Counted from the first letter of the stretch, positions 22,956 through 33,796 are shown. The stretch: 64,000 nucleotides of DNA from Diplonema japonicum (GCA_964019335.1 OZ025743.1:186001-250000); one strand, 5' to 3'. Program-made: numbers and translations. Notes: generated from the letters alone by a model not told the origin.

Positions 22956-23557
22956 CTTCTTTCTTGACAGGGTGTTTGTACCAGTGGAAGATACCCAAGC
23001 CTGTGTGTGTCGCTCAGATCGCTGAATTTGAAGGCGGAAAAAAAAAAAAGAAAAAAAAAAAAAAGGAAAACCGTGAGTGAGACTATAATGTGAGGGGGTA
23101 TGACTTTTTTTTTTTTTTTTCCTTTTTTTTTTTGTAATACTGCTCGTTTTCTTTCGTGTTCATACCCCCCCCCTTTTTTTGTTTTCCGTTTTTTTTTTTT
23201 TTTCCTTCTTCTTTTTTTTTTCCCTCTGAAAAAATAAAGAAAGGTTAGGTTTTTTTTTTCTCTTTATTTTTTCTCTTTTCTTTGTTCCTTGTAATAAATA
23301 AAAAGGGGGGGGGATACAGTAGTTTTCTTTCCCCCCCCACTCTTTTTTTCTTTTTTCCTTCCCTCACCATGATGAGTTCATAACCTTTCAACGCCTCATA
23401 TCTCGGAAAATATGGGGGAAATTGGGGTCTCGTAAAAAAAAAAAAAAAAAAAAGAAAGAAAAAAACGTATTCACGCACCGCAGTAATTTCCCCTCTCTAT
23501 TTTTTTTTTTTTTCTTCTTCTTTTTTTTCTTTATTTTTGAGAATAAAGTCTTTTTTT

Positions 23558-23986
23558 TTACTCTTTGATGGAATAAGGGCAGTCTTTCCCCGCATTCACG
23601 TAAGGGCAGTTGTCAGATCGGCAAACCTTTTTTTTTTTTTTTTTTTTTTTTTTCTTCCCCCGAAAAATCAAACCTTATGCGTTCCCCGCTGCTTGCCGCA
23701 AGTGAGAGAAAGTGACGAAACACCGAAAAAGTTCCCCACTGCGCTGGAGGCCTTAGCGTACATCACTCCATTGCACTGCTTTGCCTGATCAGGACCAAGC
23801 CCATTCTGAACACAGTGCTTCCCCTCGGCAGAGAAGTGGTGGCAGTAACAAGTATACTTTGCATCTGTCTTCGACACCCCGTACACCTCAGTCAATTTCT
23901 TGTCGTCCAACTTCAGCTGGAAATGGTTTTTTTTTTTTTTTTTGTTTTTGTGAAACTCATACTTTTCTGTCGCATGACGCCGACAT
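23558..23986 (-). CDS. Small Cys-rich protein, 111 aa, three exons; join(23558..23626,23674..23916,23963..23986)
   Basis: Two A-rich GT-AG introns (47 and 46 nt) give MSASCDRK|LKLDDKK...CYCHH...CGKQRGTHK|VCRSDNCPYVNAGKDCPYSIKE*. Confidence 0.7.
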
Positions 23987-24771
23987 TTTTTTTTTTTTTT
24001 GTTTAAATTTCCTCCCCCTCCTTTTTTTTTTTTTTTTTTGTGATTTTTGGAAAAAAAAACAAAGTCGGACATGAAAGAACGGTGAGTTCTAAAAAAAAGA
24101 GAAAAAAAAAAAGAAAAAAAAAATCTTGGGGGCTAACCATTTTAACCTCAGGAGTCGCCCGTTTTTTTGCAAACTTTTGCACCTGGGCACGGCTTTTCCC
24201 TTTGAAAACTGGTTCGAATAACACCAGCAGCCCACATCTTCCTGAGCACTAGAAGCCAGGAAAATATTCTCGAAACTTGCGCAGTCTAGTGGGGGTTCGA
24301 ATCTCACTCCTGCTCACCAGGTTTGAAACCCCGCCTGTGTTTGTGCTTTTACCACCGGAGTTGCTTCATTTTGCACAGTACAAAGGTCACTAAAAAAAAA
24401 CAATTGGAAATTTTTTTTTGGCTGTGAAGCGGACTACAGAGAACGTGGAACAATGCTTCACCGAAAGGGAGCTTGCTGACTAACAGAAGGCACGTGGCGG
24501 CCTAAATAAAAAAATATCTCGTGAGAATGAGGAAGCTGAATATGGGGAAAAGAAAAGAGGTAATGAGAGCATTCTGATAAGAAGCCCAGCGGCGTGGTGT
24601 AAGCACAACAGGCGAAGAAGAGGTCAGAAAAAGACACTTATGCGGCAGGACGCCTGAAGAGTCTCACAGCCTACCTCTTGACCGAACATTCTGCTGTGGT
24701 GTGGCCTTCGGCCCTTCGCTTATGGGTGGGGAAATTCTCGCTTGGGGGGATTTATTCTTTGCTGTTCTGTG

Positions 24772-27750
24772 TCACGTCACACCGTCGCTGAGAGCCTTGT
24801 TCGCATTAGCTTTACCTTCCGTGATGAGGACCTGCAATGCTTCGGTATGTCCATTTTTAGTCGCCACGTCACACGGGGTAATACCGTTGTTGTCGGCCTT
24901 GCTCACATCTGCTTTTCCTTCCGTGATGAGGATGCGTAATGCGTTGGCGTGTCCGTTCTGAGCCGCCTTGTAACACGGGGTAATACCATTGCTGTCGGCC
25001 TTGTTCACATCTGCTTCTCCTTCAGTGATGAGGACGCGTAATGCGTCAACATGTCCTTTTTGAGCTGCTTTGTAACATGGGGTAGTACCGCCCTTGTGGG
25101 CCTTGTTCACATCTGCTTCTCCTTCAGTGATGAGGACGCGTAATGCGTCGGCGTGTCCGAAAAAAGCTGCCACGTTACACGGGGTAAAACCGTTGTTGTC
25201 GGCCTTGTTCACATCTGCTTTTCCTTCAGTGATGAGGATTCGTAAGGAATCAACGTGTCCCGCTTGAGCCGCCATGTAACACGGGGTAGCACCATCGTCC
25301 TTTCCCTTGTTTACATCTGCCTCTCCTTCAGTGATGAGGATGCGTAATGCATCGGTGTGTCCGTTCTCAGATGCAATGTAACACGGGGTAACACCGTCGT
25401 TGGCCTTGTTCACATCTGCTCCTCCTTCAGTGATGAGGATGCGTAATACGTTGGTGTGTCCGCCTTGAGCCGCCATGTAACACGGGGTAACGTCATCTGA
25501 TGTGGCCTTGTTCACATCAGCCTTTCCTTTCGTGAGGATGCGCAATGCGTCGGCTTGCCCGGCCAAAGCCGCCACGCAACACGGAGTAGTACCTTTCTTG
25601 TTGGCCTTGTTCACATCTGCTTGTCCTTCAGTGATGAGGACGCCCAATGCATCGGGGTGTCCCCATTCAGCCGCCAGGTAACACGGGGTCTTTTCCAAGT
25701 CGTTGTTGGCCTTGTTCACATCGACTTCTCCTTCAGTGATGAGGACACGCAATGCTTCGGTGTGTCCATTGCGAGCCGCTTTCAAACACGGGGTAAGACC
25801 TTCCTTGTCAGCCTTGTTCGCATCTGCCTTTCCTTCAGTGATGAGGATCCGCAAAGCGTCCACGCAGTCGTGTTCAGCGGCGACAGAGCACGCAGTGCTG
25901 CCAAACGCATCCACCGTATCCACCGCCAGCCTCCCAGAGAGGAGGACATCCTTCAGAAGGTCAGCACGATTCCTTGCCGCCGCCGCATGAAGCACTGTCC
26001 ACCCTTCCCGAGGTCCCTCTTCCTTGTGCACTACCCAGAACCTGTCGCCAAGTGCCTCCACCACCTTGTCGAACACAACCCGCTTGCAAGCACACGCAAG
26101 AAGCCCGACAGCTGCTGTCCGCAGCTCGTCTCCTACGCCTCTGAGGTCAGCTCCCTTGCTCAGCAGCACCGCCGCACTGTTGTCGTGGCTGCCGTTCTTG
26201 TTCACCCGCAACACTGCCGCGAGCGAAACATTCAGGGCCTCAGAGTGACCTGCGGGTCCCAGGTTGGCACAGCACAGCGACACCACCTGCTCGTTGTGCT
26301 CCAACTCTGCAGCCACCTCCAGCAGTGTCTTCCCGTCCACAACAGGCATTTCCGTGCTGGGTGGGTAGAAAACCCACTTTCCCTCGCGTGTCACCGGATG
26401 GGTTTCAAAACGATTTTCAGCCAACACAACCTTCGTCTTGATGGTATCGAGGAGCCGTGCATTGCGAACCTGCTCCACCTGTGTCATGATGTCGGCAAGC
26501 CTGCCCCAGTGATCGAAGTCCATTTCCTGAAGCTCCACCACCACCACGCGACGCAGGCTTGTGTCCAGCGCCACCTCCAGCAGACGCATCACACCAACAT
26601 CAGGGCGCCCCACCACCCGGAACTGGGTGTTCGCTGCGATCAGAACCTCCTGTTCCTCGGGGAAGCGGCTGAACTGAGCGATGCTCCGACCCGTCTGCAC
26701 CCGAAGAACGAGGATCGTCCCCTGAACCTCTTCGTCTCCACCACCAACACCATCACCCTTCCCAAGGAAGTCTTTCACCACCCCCGGATCCTCGCTTGCA
26801 CTCGTGGGGTGAGGCATCGTCACCACCGCCCCCACAGAGTACAGCGACTCGCTCACCCGGAAGTCCATCGCACGGAACACGGTCCCCTCGTACTTCGGCT
26901 GCGACACCATTGCTCGGTGCAGGGAATAGGCGAAGTCCTTCATCGGCTCGTAGCGCTGTCGCTCCCCACGGAACGCCACCTCACGCATCGCCGCGTTCAC
27001 CTCATAGCACAAGGGGCTCTCCAGCGTGTACAGCCGAAGGTACGGCTCAGACTTCCCTTCCACCTGCTGCACCGCCCACTCCGCAGTCATCTTCTGGAAC
27101 ACCCCACCAGCAGCCCGCTGAGCCGCCTCCAGCTTCTCGCACTTCGAGAGGTGCCGCTCCTTGCTCCCAGCGTTCAGAGCAGTCCCACACGCAGCGCACG
27201 TCACATACTTCTCGCACTCCGCCCCCATCGCAGCCTCCACAGTCGCCAGCATCGGCCTCGCACACGACGCACCACCCTCGAAGAACTCGCTCCACCCTCG
27301 GTCCACGTCGATCTCGCCGAGCCCGTCGCTGTACCGGCTCACCCCTCCCTTCTTGCTCGCCGGTACCACCCCTCCAGCCACCTTGAACGCCTTCACAGCC
27401 TTCTGCAGCTCTTTCCGCCCCTCCGACACCAGCGATAACACGCAGTCCCCCACACCGCGCTCCTCGCTCCGTTTCAGGAGCTTCTGCATCACAGCAATCA
27501 CGCTGTGGCACAGGGCGTCGTGCCACCTCCCCAGCGCCGCCTCCAGCTCCCTTCGTTTTGTCTCTACGGGCGTGCCGGCGGTGGTGGTGGTGCTGCTGCT
27601 GCTGCTGGTGGTAGTAGTCGCACTGCTCTCCAACTGTCCACGCAGCTGCTCCACTGCTTCCCACGCTGTCTTCACAGCTCCCTCTCCTGCTGGAGGAGGC
27701 GACGACAGGGCCTTCGCAGCCTGCACACCAGATCCCGCTGTCGTTGTCAT
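24772..27750 (-). CDS. C2HC zinc finger + R-S-E mono-ADP-ribosyltransferase + ankyrin-repeat array
   Basis: CAAC-x11-H-x3-C; LRLYTLES, TVFRAM (R), PTSAS (S), FPEEQEVL (ExE); 11 highly similar ankyrin repeats. Confidence 0.88.
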   Translation of the reverse strand: MTTTAGSGVQAAKALSSPPPAGEGAVKTAWEAVEQLRGQLESSATTTTSSSSSTTTTAGTPVETKRRELEAALGRWHDALCHSVIAVMQKLLKRSEERGVGDCVLSLVSEGRKELQKAVKAFKVAGGVVPASKKGGVSRYSDGLGEIDVDRGWSEFFEGGASCARPMLATVEAAMGAECEKYVTCAACGTALNAGSKERHLSKCEKLEAAQRAAGGVFQKMTAEWAVQQVEGKSEPYLRLYTLESPLCYEVNAAMREVAFRGERQRYEPMKDFAYSLHRAMVSQPKYEGTVFRAMDFRVSESLYSVGAVVTMPHPTSASEDPGVVKDFLGKGDGVGGGDEEVQGTILVLRVQTGRSIAQFSRFPEEQEVLIAANTQFRVVGRPDVGVMRLLEVALDTSLRRVVVVELQEMDFDHWGRLADIMTQVEQVRNARLLDTIKTKVVLAENRFETHPVTREGKWVFYPPSTEMPVVDGKTLLEVAAELEHNEQVVSLCCANLGPAGHSEALNVSLAAVLRVNKNGSHDNSAAVLLSKGADLRGVGDELRTAAVGLLACACKRVVFDKVVEALGDRFWVVHKEEGPREGWTVLHAAAARNRADLLKDVLLSGRLAVDTVDAFGSTACSVAAEHDCVDALRILITEGKADANKADKEGLTPCLKAARNGHTEALRVLITEGEVDVNKANNDLEKTPCYLAAEWGHPDALGVLITEGQADVNKANKKGTTPCCVAALAGQADALRILTKGKADVNKATSDDVTPCYMAAQGGHTNVLRILITEGGADVNKANDGVTPCYIASENGHTDALRILITEGEADVNKGKDDGATPCYMAAQAGHVDSLRILITEGKADVNKADNNGFTPCNVAAFFGHADALRVLITEGEADVNKAHKGGTTPCYKAAQKGHVDALRVLITEGEADVNKADSNGITPCYKAAQNGHANALRILITEGKADVSKADNNGITPCDVATKNGHTEALQVLITEGKANANKALSDGVT
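24775..25900 (-). repeat. Coding tandem repeat, ~99-105 bp unit (ankyrin), 11 copies
   Basis: Recurrent ggccttgttcacatctgc...cttcagtgatgaggatgcgtaatgc...acacggggta. Confidence 0.9.
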
Positions 27751-27954
27751 TTTGCAATTCCGCAAAGAGCCTTTTGCAGGTGGGTATCCTGTGTGGGTGT
27801 GTTATGAAATCATATAAAAAAGGTACCAAAAACAAGAAGAAAAAAACTTGGGGCGAGGGGAAGTAAAAAAGTTAGAAAAGGGAGAAGAAAAGAGGGGGGG
27901 GGGGGGGGGGAATATATATATGAGTTAAAAGGAAGTCTTTGTGAGACGCCCCCT

Positions 27955-28190
27955 TGTTCTCATCTTCTTCTTCATCAGTCCATGCACTCCTCGCTTTCTG
28001 CCCAGCTTCCCTCCCAGTCACATTCTCGAAGTCCAGTGCTAGCTCCACCATTGACACAGACGTATTCCTGCTGCCTGCATAGCAGCGCAGTTGTCTCATC
28101 CATTTCAGCACCTCCTTCGTATTGAAAAAATAAAAAAAAAAAGCTCACTGTATCGTTGCGCTGTGCTGCCTCCAAAGTGCACACCGCGGA
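27955..28190 (-). mobile_element. Short LINE remnant related to the 15776-16996 element
   Basis: LKWMRQLRCYAGSRNTSVSMVELALDFENVTG aligns with LPWLQGLRWYLGSKKTSITTMELAIDFEMTTG. Confidence 0.7.
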
Positions 28191-28230
28191 AAGGATTTCT
28201 CCAAATGTCTAGCCAAGGGCTCCCCCCCCC

Positions 28231-28457
28231 TAGGGCTATGTTGGCAGGAAACGGGGAAACAGTTTCCGTTTCCGTTTCCTTTATTTTTCAGATACTTAAG
28301 GAAACGCGTTTCCTTTCTCAAGAGGGAAAAAAACGTGGTCCCTTCTTAAAAAAAGGAAACGGGCCCCCAAAATAAAGAAACGTTTTCCGTATCCGTTTCC
28401 TTATTTTCAAAAAAAAAAGGAAAATCTTGGAAACGCGTTTCCTTGCCAATGGACCTG
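28231..28457. mobile_element. Putative MITE, hAT-like, with many GGAAAC/GTTTCC subterminal repeats
   Basis: Imperfect inverted ends ttggcaggaaac (28241) / gtttccttgccaa (to 28449); TAGGG start; internal duplication with ggaaacgcgtttcc palindromes. No TSD seen. Confidence 0.55.
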
Positions 28458-29245
28458 GGGGGGGGGGGGGGGGGGGGGGGGGGGTCACCGTGCCTAAAAA
28501 AGCTCGAAATTCGGGTAAATTGTACCACCGAAAATAGTACAAAAAAAAAATTAAAATGGCGTTTTAGGGCATCCCATTTGCATATTTCGTCGAAGCTCGG
28601 CTGGGAAATGGGTTTTTTGGACGATTTTGGGGGGTGGTATAGCTGGTTTTTTTTTTTTTTTTTTTTGCGCCTTTGTGTCACATGTGTGCAAGATTTACCT
28701 CGAGGGAGAAAATAAATAGATTTTCCATTGGCAAAAGCATGTTTTCCTTGGGTTATAAAAACCCTTCAGGTCTTCATACTTTTTTTTTTTTTTTTCCCCA
28801 GTTTGCCCCCTCAAAAAATAAAAGGGAGAGAGAGAGGGGGGGGGAGCAACATTCGCTTAAGTTATTATTTCTTATTATTTTACCCTCTTTTTTTTTTTCT
28901 TTCTCTCTTACTTCTCCCTTTCCTTTTTTTTACCCCCCCCCAGGCATAAATGGTAAAGAATAAAACAAAAACAAAAAAAGAAGATTGAAGAAACTACCTT
29001 TGAGTCTGAGTTGAGCTTTTTTTTTTTTTTTTTCCCCGAAAAAGCTCAAGACTCACGCAAATCCCCAAATTTTACAAGTGCTTCAGAGGGGGGAGGTGGG
29101 AGGGAGGGGGGAGAAAAAAAAAAGAGGCGGGGGAAGGGGGGAACTTTATTTTTAAAAAAAAAAAAATTGCACTGTTTTCGGACGCCCGCTCTTGCTTCTT
29201 TTTTTTTTTTTTTTTTTTTTTTTTTCTACGACTACTTGGAAAGGG

Positions 29246-29276
<31 letters not shown>

Positions 29277-29283
29277 AAATACT

Positions 29284-29975
29284 TCACACATCATACTGGT
29301 ACGTATTGATACCTTGTTGCGGGTGGTAAGGCTCGCGGTCCACCAACAGCCGTTGCGGCGGTGAAAGAGACAACGACTCCATACCCATCCCCCCTCCCCG
29401 CTCAGGGAAGACCGACCCGGAGTGCGCGAAGGACTGTTCAGGCCTCCCCCGCGGGGCATAGTTGTCATTTAAAAAAGTAGTAATCTTGTAGGTGTACGTC
29501 AACCACACAACGATCCCCCCCACAAGGAAGGTTAACGTGTTGAAGACGAAAGACGCAATTTGAATCCCTTTTGCGGCATCCATCTGAATGGTTCGATAGT
29601 CCAGAGCCCACAGCGGCATGTCGTTCAGAAACCACAGTGCCACGATGCCTGTGATCGTTTTTCGTTTTCTTTCGACTCGTTCTGTTGCGTACTTTGCAGC
29701 CCAGAACCAAAAAGTCGATGCCACAGAAAAATACACCACCATGCCCACAATGACGAAGGTGAGATACACCTTCGTCAGCCCGTTCCCATACTTATCCTTT
29801 GCGTCGCCCCGCATTATCCACGCGATACAGTTAATCAATGTGATGAAGATGGAGAGGCCCCACCACATCATGCAGGCTATGGGAATCACCCGTCTCTCCT
29901 CTAACATCCAGTTCGGGAGAAAGAAACCAGGGTCGCCCGGCTGAATCATGTTGGATGTGATGTAACCAGAGGAAC

Positions 29976-30017
<42 letters not shown>

Positions 30018-30132
30018 CATTGTTGCTGTTGTTGTTGCTCCCCGACACCGGGGCAATGGAGGTGTTGTTGTTGTTGTTTTGCGGCTCGTACTTCCCCGAC
30101 TGCGGGGACTGCGGGGCTTGTTGGTAATCCAT
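29284..30132 (-). CDS. Polytopic (~4 TM) membrane protein with N-terminal poly-Asn
   Basis: 282-aa ORF with four hydrophobic segments; an (AAC)n tract at ~29977-30076 encodes the N runs. Confidence 0.8.
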
Positions 30133-30206
30133 TTTTTTTTAAACCTCCCCCCTTCCCTCCTCTTTTTTTTTTTTTTTTTTGGGTCGGGAAAAAAAAAAAA
30201 AAAAAA

Positions 30207-30249
30207 TGGGGCTTTGATTGCAACACTAGGTGGCGTTAAGCGTGCAATG
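30207..30249. repeat. 43-nt hairpin repeat family A, copy 3 (subtype 2)
   Basis: Lies between two A-tracts, ~25 nt downstream of the stop at 30275. Confidence 0.9.
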
Positions 30250-30274
30250 AAAAAAAAAAAAAAAAAAAAAAAAT

Positions 30275-30750
30275 TCAGTAGTTCGCAATGGATCTGTCCA
30301 TCGACCTCATAAAGGTGATGGAGTAGAGGAAGAAAGCCGCGGCCAAGCACATGAAGTAAAGCGGGAGGATCGATTTGAAGTGGTAGAACTGGAAGTAGAG
30401 CCATTCCTTGACCCTTGTCACGGCGTCCCCACGCTCCCTCTCTGCCTGCAGCTGCGCGATCTGCTCCTCCCTCGTCCCCTTGAACCGCTTCAGGTCGCGT
30501 TCAAGTTCTCTATTCGCCTCTTCATAAAGGTCATCTCGCACCGTCTTTTGATCCTCTATTGCGTCATCCACCTTGACTCTCATCTTATCGCGCTCCTTGA
30601 GGAGCTCCTGCACGATTTTTTTTTTTTTTTTTTTTTTTTTTTTGGAGAAAGAGTACATACATCCCAGGCAGACCCTGTTTGCTTCCACCTTACCTGCCCC
30701 GCCACAATCCCTTTAACCAGCAACCTTCGACTATTTGTTATCGCTTGCAT
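30275..30750 (-). CDS. Small putative mitochondrial coiled-coil membrane protein; join(30275..30607,30661..30750)
   Basis: A 53-nt intron GTATGT(A-rich)GCAG joins MQAITNSRRLL...SAWD|ELLKERDK; C-terminal TM. Confidence 0.75.
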
Positions 30751-30832
30751 TTTTCTTTTCTTTTCTTTTCTTCTTCTTTTTTTTTTTTGGAATTTTGTGT
30801 GTCTCAAGTTTAATAAAAAAAAAAACAAAATA

Positions 30833-32904
30833 CTGTAAAACGAATAATGTCGGACGGAAAATTTTCCGGACACCAAAAAAACCCGGACATTTTTCCGTCC
30901 GGGAGTTTTTCTGGGGAAAAGTCTTTTTTACGGAAGGGGGGTAGCAGCTCCTGCTTTTTTTCCCATACCACCATGTTTGCCTGGAAGGGCTTTGCAGACT
31001 CGTATGCAGAGCCAAAATGTTTACCCTGCGTGGCAGTTTGAATTTTTTTCCCCTCCCTTTCAATGCACCAACAAACAGCACCCACAGGATTCTTAACTTT
31101 CTTCAATCTCATAAACCGTACTTCTTTCGTCAAATGAACAGTTCGACTACCCAAGGCACGTTGAGCAACTGGCTTGTGAAGCACCCAACTTTGGTTGCTG
31201 ACACCTCCGACCAGCTACCGCACGAAAGAGGGGGTGGAACTAGCAACGTCCAGTATTTCCGACTGGAAAAAAAACTTTGGGGGCTCTGTTGGGCCTGTTG
31301 CTGCCCCCTTTACCGTCGGTCGCAAACCTCTTCTGGCCGATGCAGAGACTGCCAAGGTTTTTGCTTGGGTCGATAGGCAAAACGAACTTGGCGAGCCTAT
31401 CTCAGCGCAACAAATATGCACCTATGCAGAAGGGCTGCATCCAGCCCGAAAGACAGAGCTGGTAGACTTTGGTGGGACACTGTCCTTTTCCACCAGCAGG
31501 GCTGACAAGCTTTGCAGCAGGAAAGGCTACAAAAGCCGCAGGCCCACCACCGGAAAACCTGGAAACGAGAAGGACAAAGAGAGGGCACGCTGTTTCGCCA
31601 TGCAATTCAGGTCTATAATCGACACCCATAAAGTAAGGCCTGAATTGGTCTGGAATATGGACCAAACCTCCCTGCAGCTGTTGCCGTTGGGGTTAAAAAC
31701 CAAAACGAAAAGGGGAAAATCGTAAAAGTCCGTGGCTTGGGGGACAAACGGGCCATAACTGGACAGCTGGCTGTCTCCCTGGCTGGGGATAAGTTGCATC
31801 CGCAAAAGGCAGAACGGAACCTGCAGCCGACAGGGTTTATCCAGGGTCCGTGCCCCGTCAAGCACCCGCCCACCGAATGGAGCCTAACGGCATCGCCCAG
31901 TCATTGGGCTAATTATGATACACTCAGTATCTGGGTCAAAAAGCTGTTTCTTCCTTTTTGCAGTAAAACCATCGATTCTCATGGTTTTGCCCCGAACGAG
32001 TCGATTCTGCTGCTTGTCGATGACTACAACTGTCATTCGACCGATGAGTTTTTGGAGTTGTTCGAAGGCGCAAACGTGCACATTGCTTTTGTCCCCCCTG
32101 GGCTCACCTACATGGTTCAACCGATGGATATTGGGTTGAACGCAGCTGTAAAAGCATCTATTAAGAACAGTTATAAAAAGTGGGTCACACGAAGGCTCGA
32201 CAAGCTGATTGCCTCAGGGGCGGCGGCTGAATCATGGGAGGTGCCCTCTACTAGCTCGATTAAAGGGCCACGAGGCTTTTTCTTCTCCTGTTTTTTTTCC
32301 TAGGTGGGTCGAAACAGCCTGGTGGGAAGAGGAGGAAGAGGAGTACTCCCTATATGCCAGGCTTGCCCAGGACATGGAGCATGGACGTCTGGAAGTCATC
32401 GACGTAGATCATCTTCCGACACGACCACCGTGTCCGCCGCCTTGACGATAACCGAAGAAACCTTTTCCGTTTCTTCAGACTCGTCAGTGGAGATGCTCCC
32501 CAGTCTCACCCAGCAACGGCTGGATGACGCTGCAGCCAGGAGAGCCGCCAAGAAGGCAGCGGCCAAACCCGGAGGCAAGGTAGCACAGTAGATAGCCCTA
32601 CCCCTCCCTTTTTTTTCTTTTCTTTTCGCCTTTTATCAATCAGTTTTACCTTGAGCTTTATGCCCACACGGTATCTTCTTCAGGGATAATGCGGACACGA
32701 AACACATGACCCAGATACCCAGTGGTTCGGTGGCGGTTTCTTCGCGCGGTTGCCGTTTGCAGCCCAGGCCAGTATGTAGGTGGTAGTGGACCAGGCCCCC
32801 TGACGACCTTACAAAAAAAAAAAAAAAACTCCCGGACGGAAAAAACTCCCGGACACCAAAAAAAACTCGGACATTTTTCCGTCCGGGAGTTTTTCGTTTT
32901 ACAG
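30833..32904 (+). mobile_element. pogo-like (Tc1/mariner superfamily) DNA transposon, 2072 bp, TA target duplication
   Basis: TA|CTGTAAAACGAA..CGGACGGAAAA on the left and its reverse complement ending TTCGTTTTACAG|TA on the right; CCGGAC subterminal repeats at both ends. Confidence 0.9.
30972..32420 (+). pseudogene. Frameshifted DDE_1 (DD35D) transposase; ends approximate
   Basis: WNMDQT, LLLVDDYNCH and VPPGLTYMVQPMD (35 residues between the 2nd and 3rd D) are split across frames near 31720; further breaks near both ends. Confidence 0.82.
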
Positions 32905-33033
32905 TAAATAAAAACATATAAAAACACGGGGTTTTTTTTTTTTCTAATCTAAAAGGGGGAGGGGAGGGGGGGGAGAGAGCTTTCACAGAATTATCACAAA
33001 AAAAAAAAGAAAGAAAAAAAATCGAATCCCCCC

Positions 33034-33639
33034 CTACCAAGGTCGGTTTCCCGCCCAAATTTTGTACGCGAAGTAGAAGAGCACAATGCTGTTAAGGGTC
33101 ATAAGATACCACCCGTATGCAAGCTGGTAGCCTTTTCCAATTGCAATTCCACAGAGTGTCATATTCCAGGTGGTTAAGGTAACGACGGAGACGAGTAGGA
33201 GGCAAACACCGGCGATGGCGGTGAGGGGGGTGAGGAAGAAACGGTACCTAATGCTGAGGGAACCGGGCCGTATAGTTTCCAATGACTGGAGGATGGTGGC
33301 GAGGCCCAGTGCCACGAGGGACGTTACACCAAAAAGCTTACAAAACATTACATTCAGGTAGAATTGCTTGCAGGTGCCTTCTTTTATGGTCCCGTCCTCC
33401 CCCCCGCACTTCCAGTAGAAGACGCCCCAGCTGCACCGTTGTTCCCCCTTCGCCACAGTGTTCTCCCTCACCAGCGAGGGCATCATCAGCAACACGAACT
33501 GCGACATGAACACCATGAACAAGCCCATCAGGAATATCCCGTGGGCCTGCCTCCCGTACTCCTCCCCGGTCCTCTTCTTCTTGAACCACACGTGGCTGAG
33601 GAGGATGACGTCTGGGTCTTCGTCATCCTTTGACTTCAT
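33034..33639 (-). CDS. Tetraspan claudin/amastin-like membrane protein
   Basis: Four TM segments, first loop CSWGVFYWKC...C, and YQLAYGWYL leading into the last TM. Confidence 0.65.
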   Translation of the reverse strand: MKSKDDEDPDVILLSHVWFKKKRTGEEYGRQAHGIFLMGLFMVFMSQFVLLMMPSLVRENTVAKGEQRCSWGVFYWKCGGEDGTIKEGTCKQFYLNVMFCKLFGVTSLVALGLATILQSLETIRPGSLSIRYRFFLTPLTAIAGVCLLLVSVVTLTTWNMTLCGIAIGKGYQLAYGWYLMTLNSIVLFYFAYKIWAGNRPW

Positions 33640-33761
33640 GTCTTCTCACTCCCCTCCTCCCCCCCTTCCCCTTGCCTGTTAAGAAATAATGCGTCGCTTG
33701 GTTTCCAGGAATATGAAAAAAAAAAAGAAAAAAAAGGAATACTAATGATGATTCTGATATT

Positions 33762-33796
<35 letters not shown>

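Noticed and set aside
23570-23612. Direct repeat taagggcagt as a regulatory or TE motif
   Set aside because: It is explained by the duplicated CPY codons in the last exon of the Cys-rich gene.
25555-27438. 627-aa plus-strand ORF, and similar long plus-strand ORFs over the NRPS (e.g. 52849-54459)
   Set aside because: These are antisense shadows of GC-rich coding sequence with no recognisable motifs.
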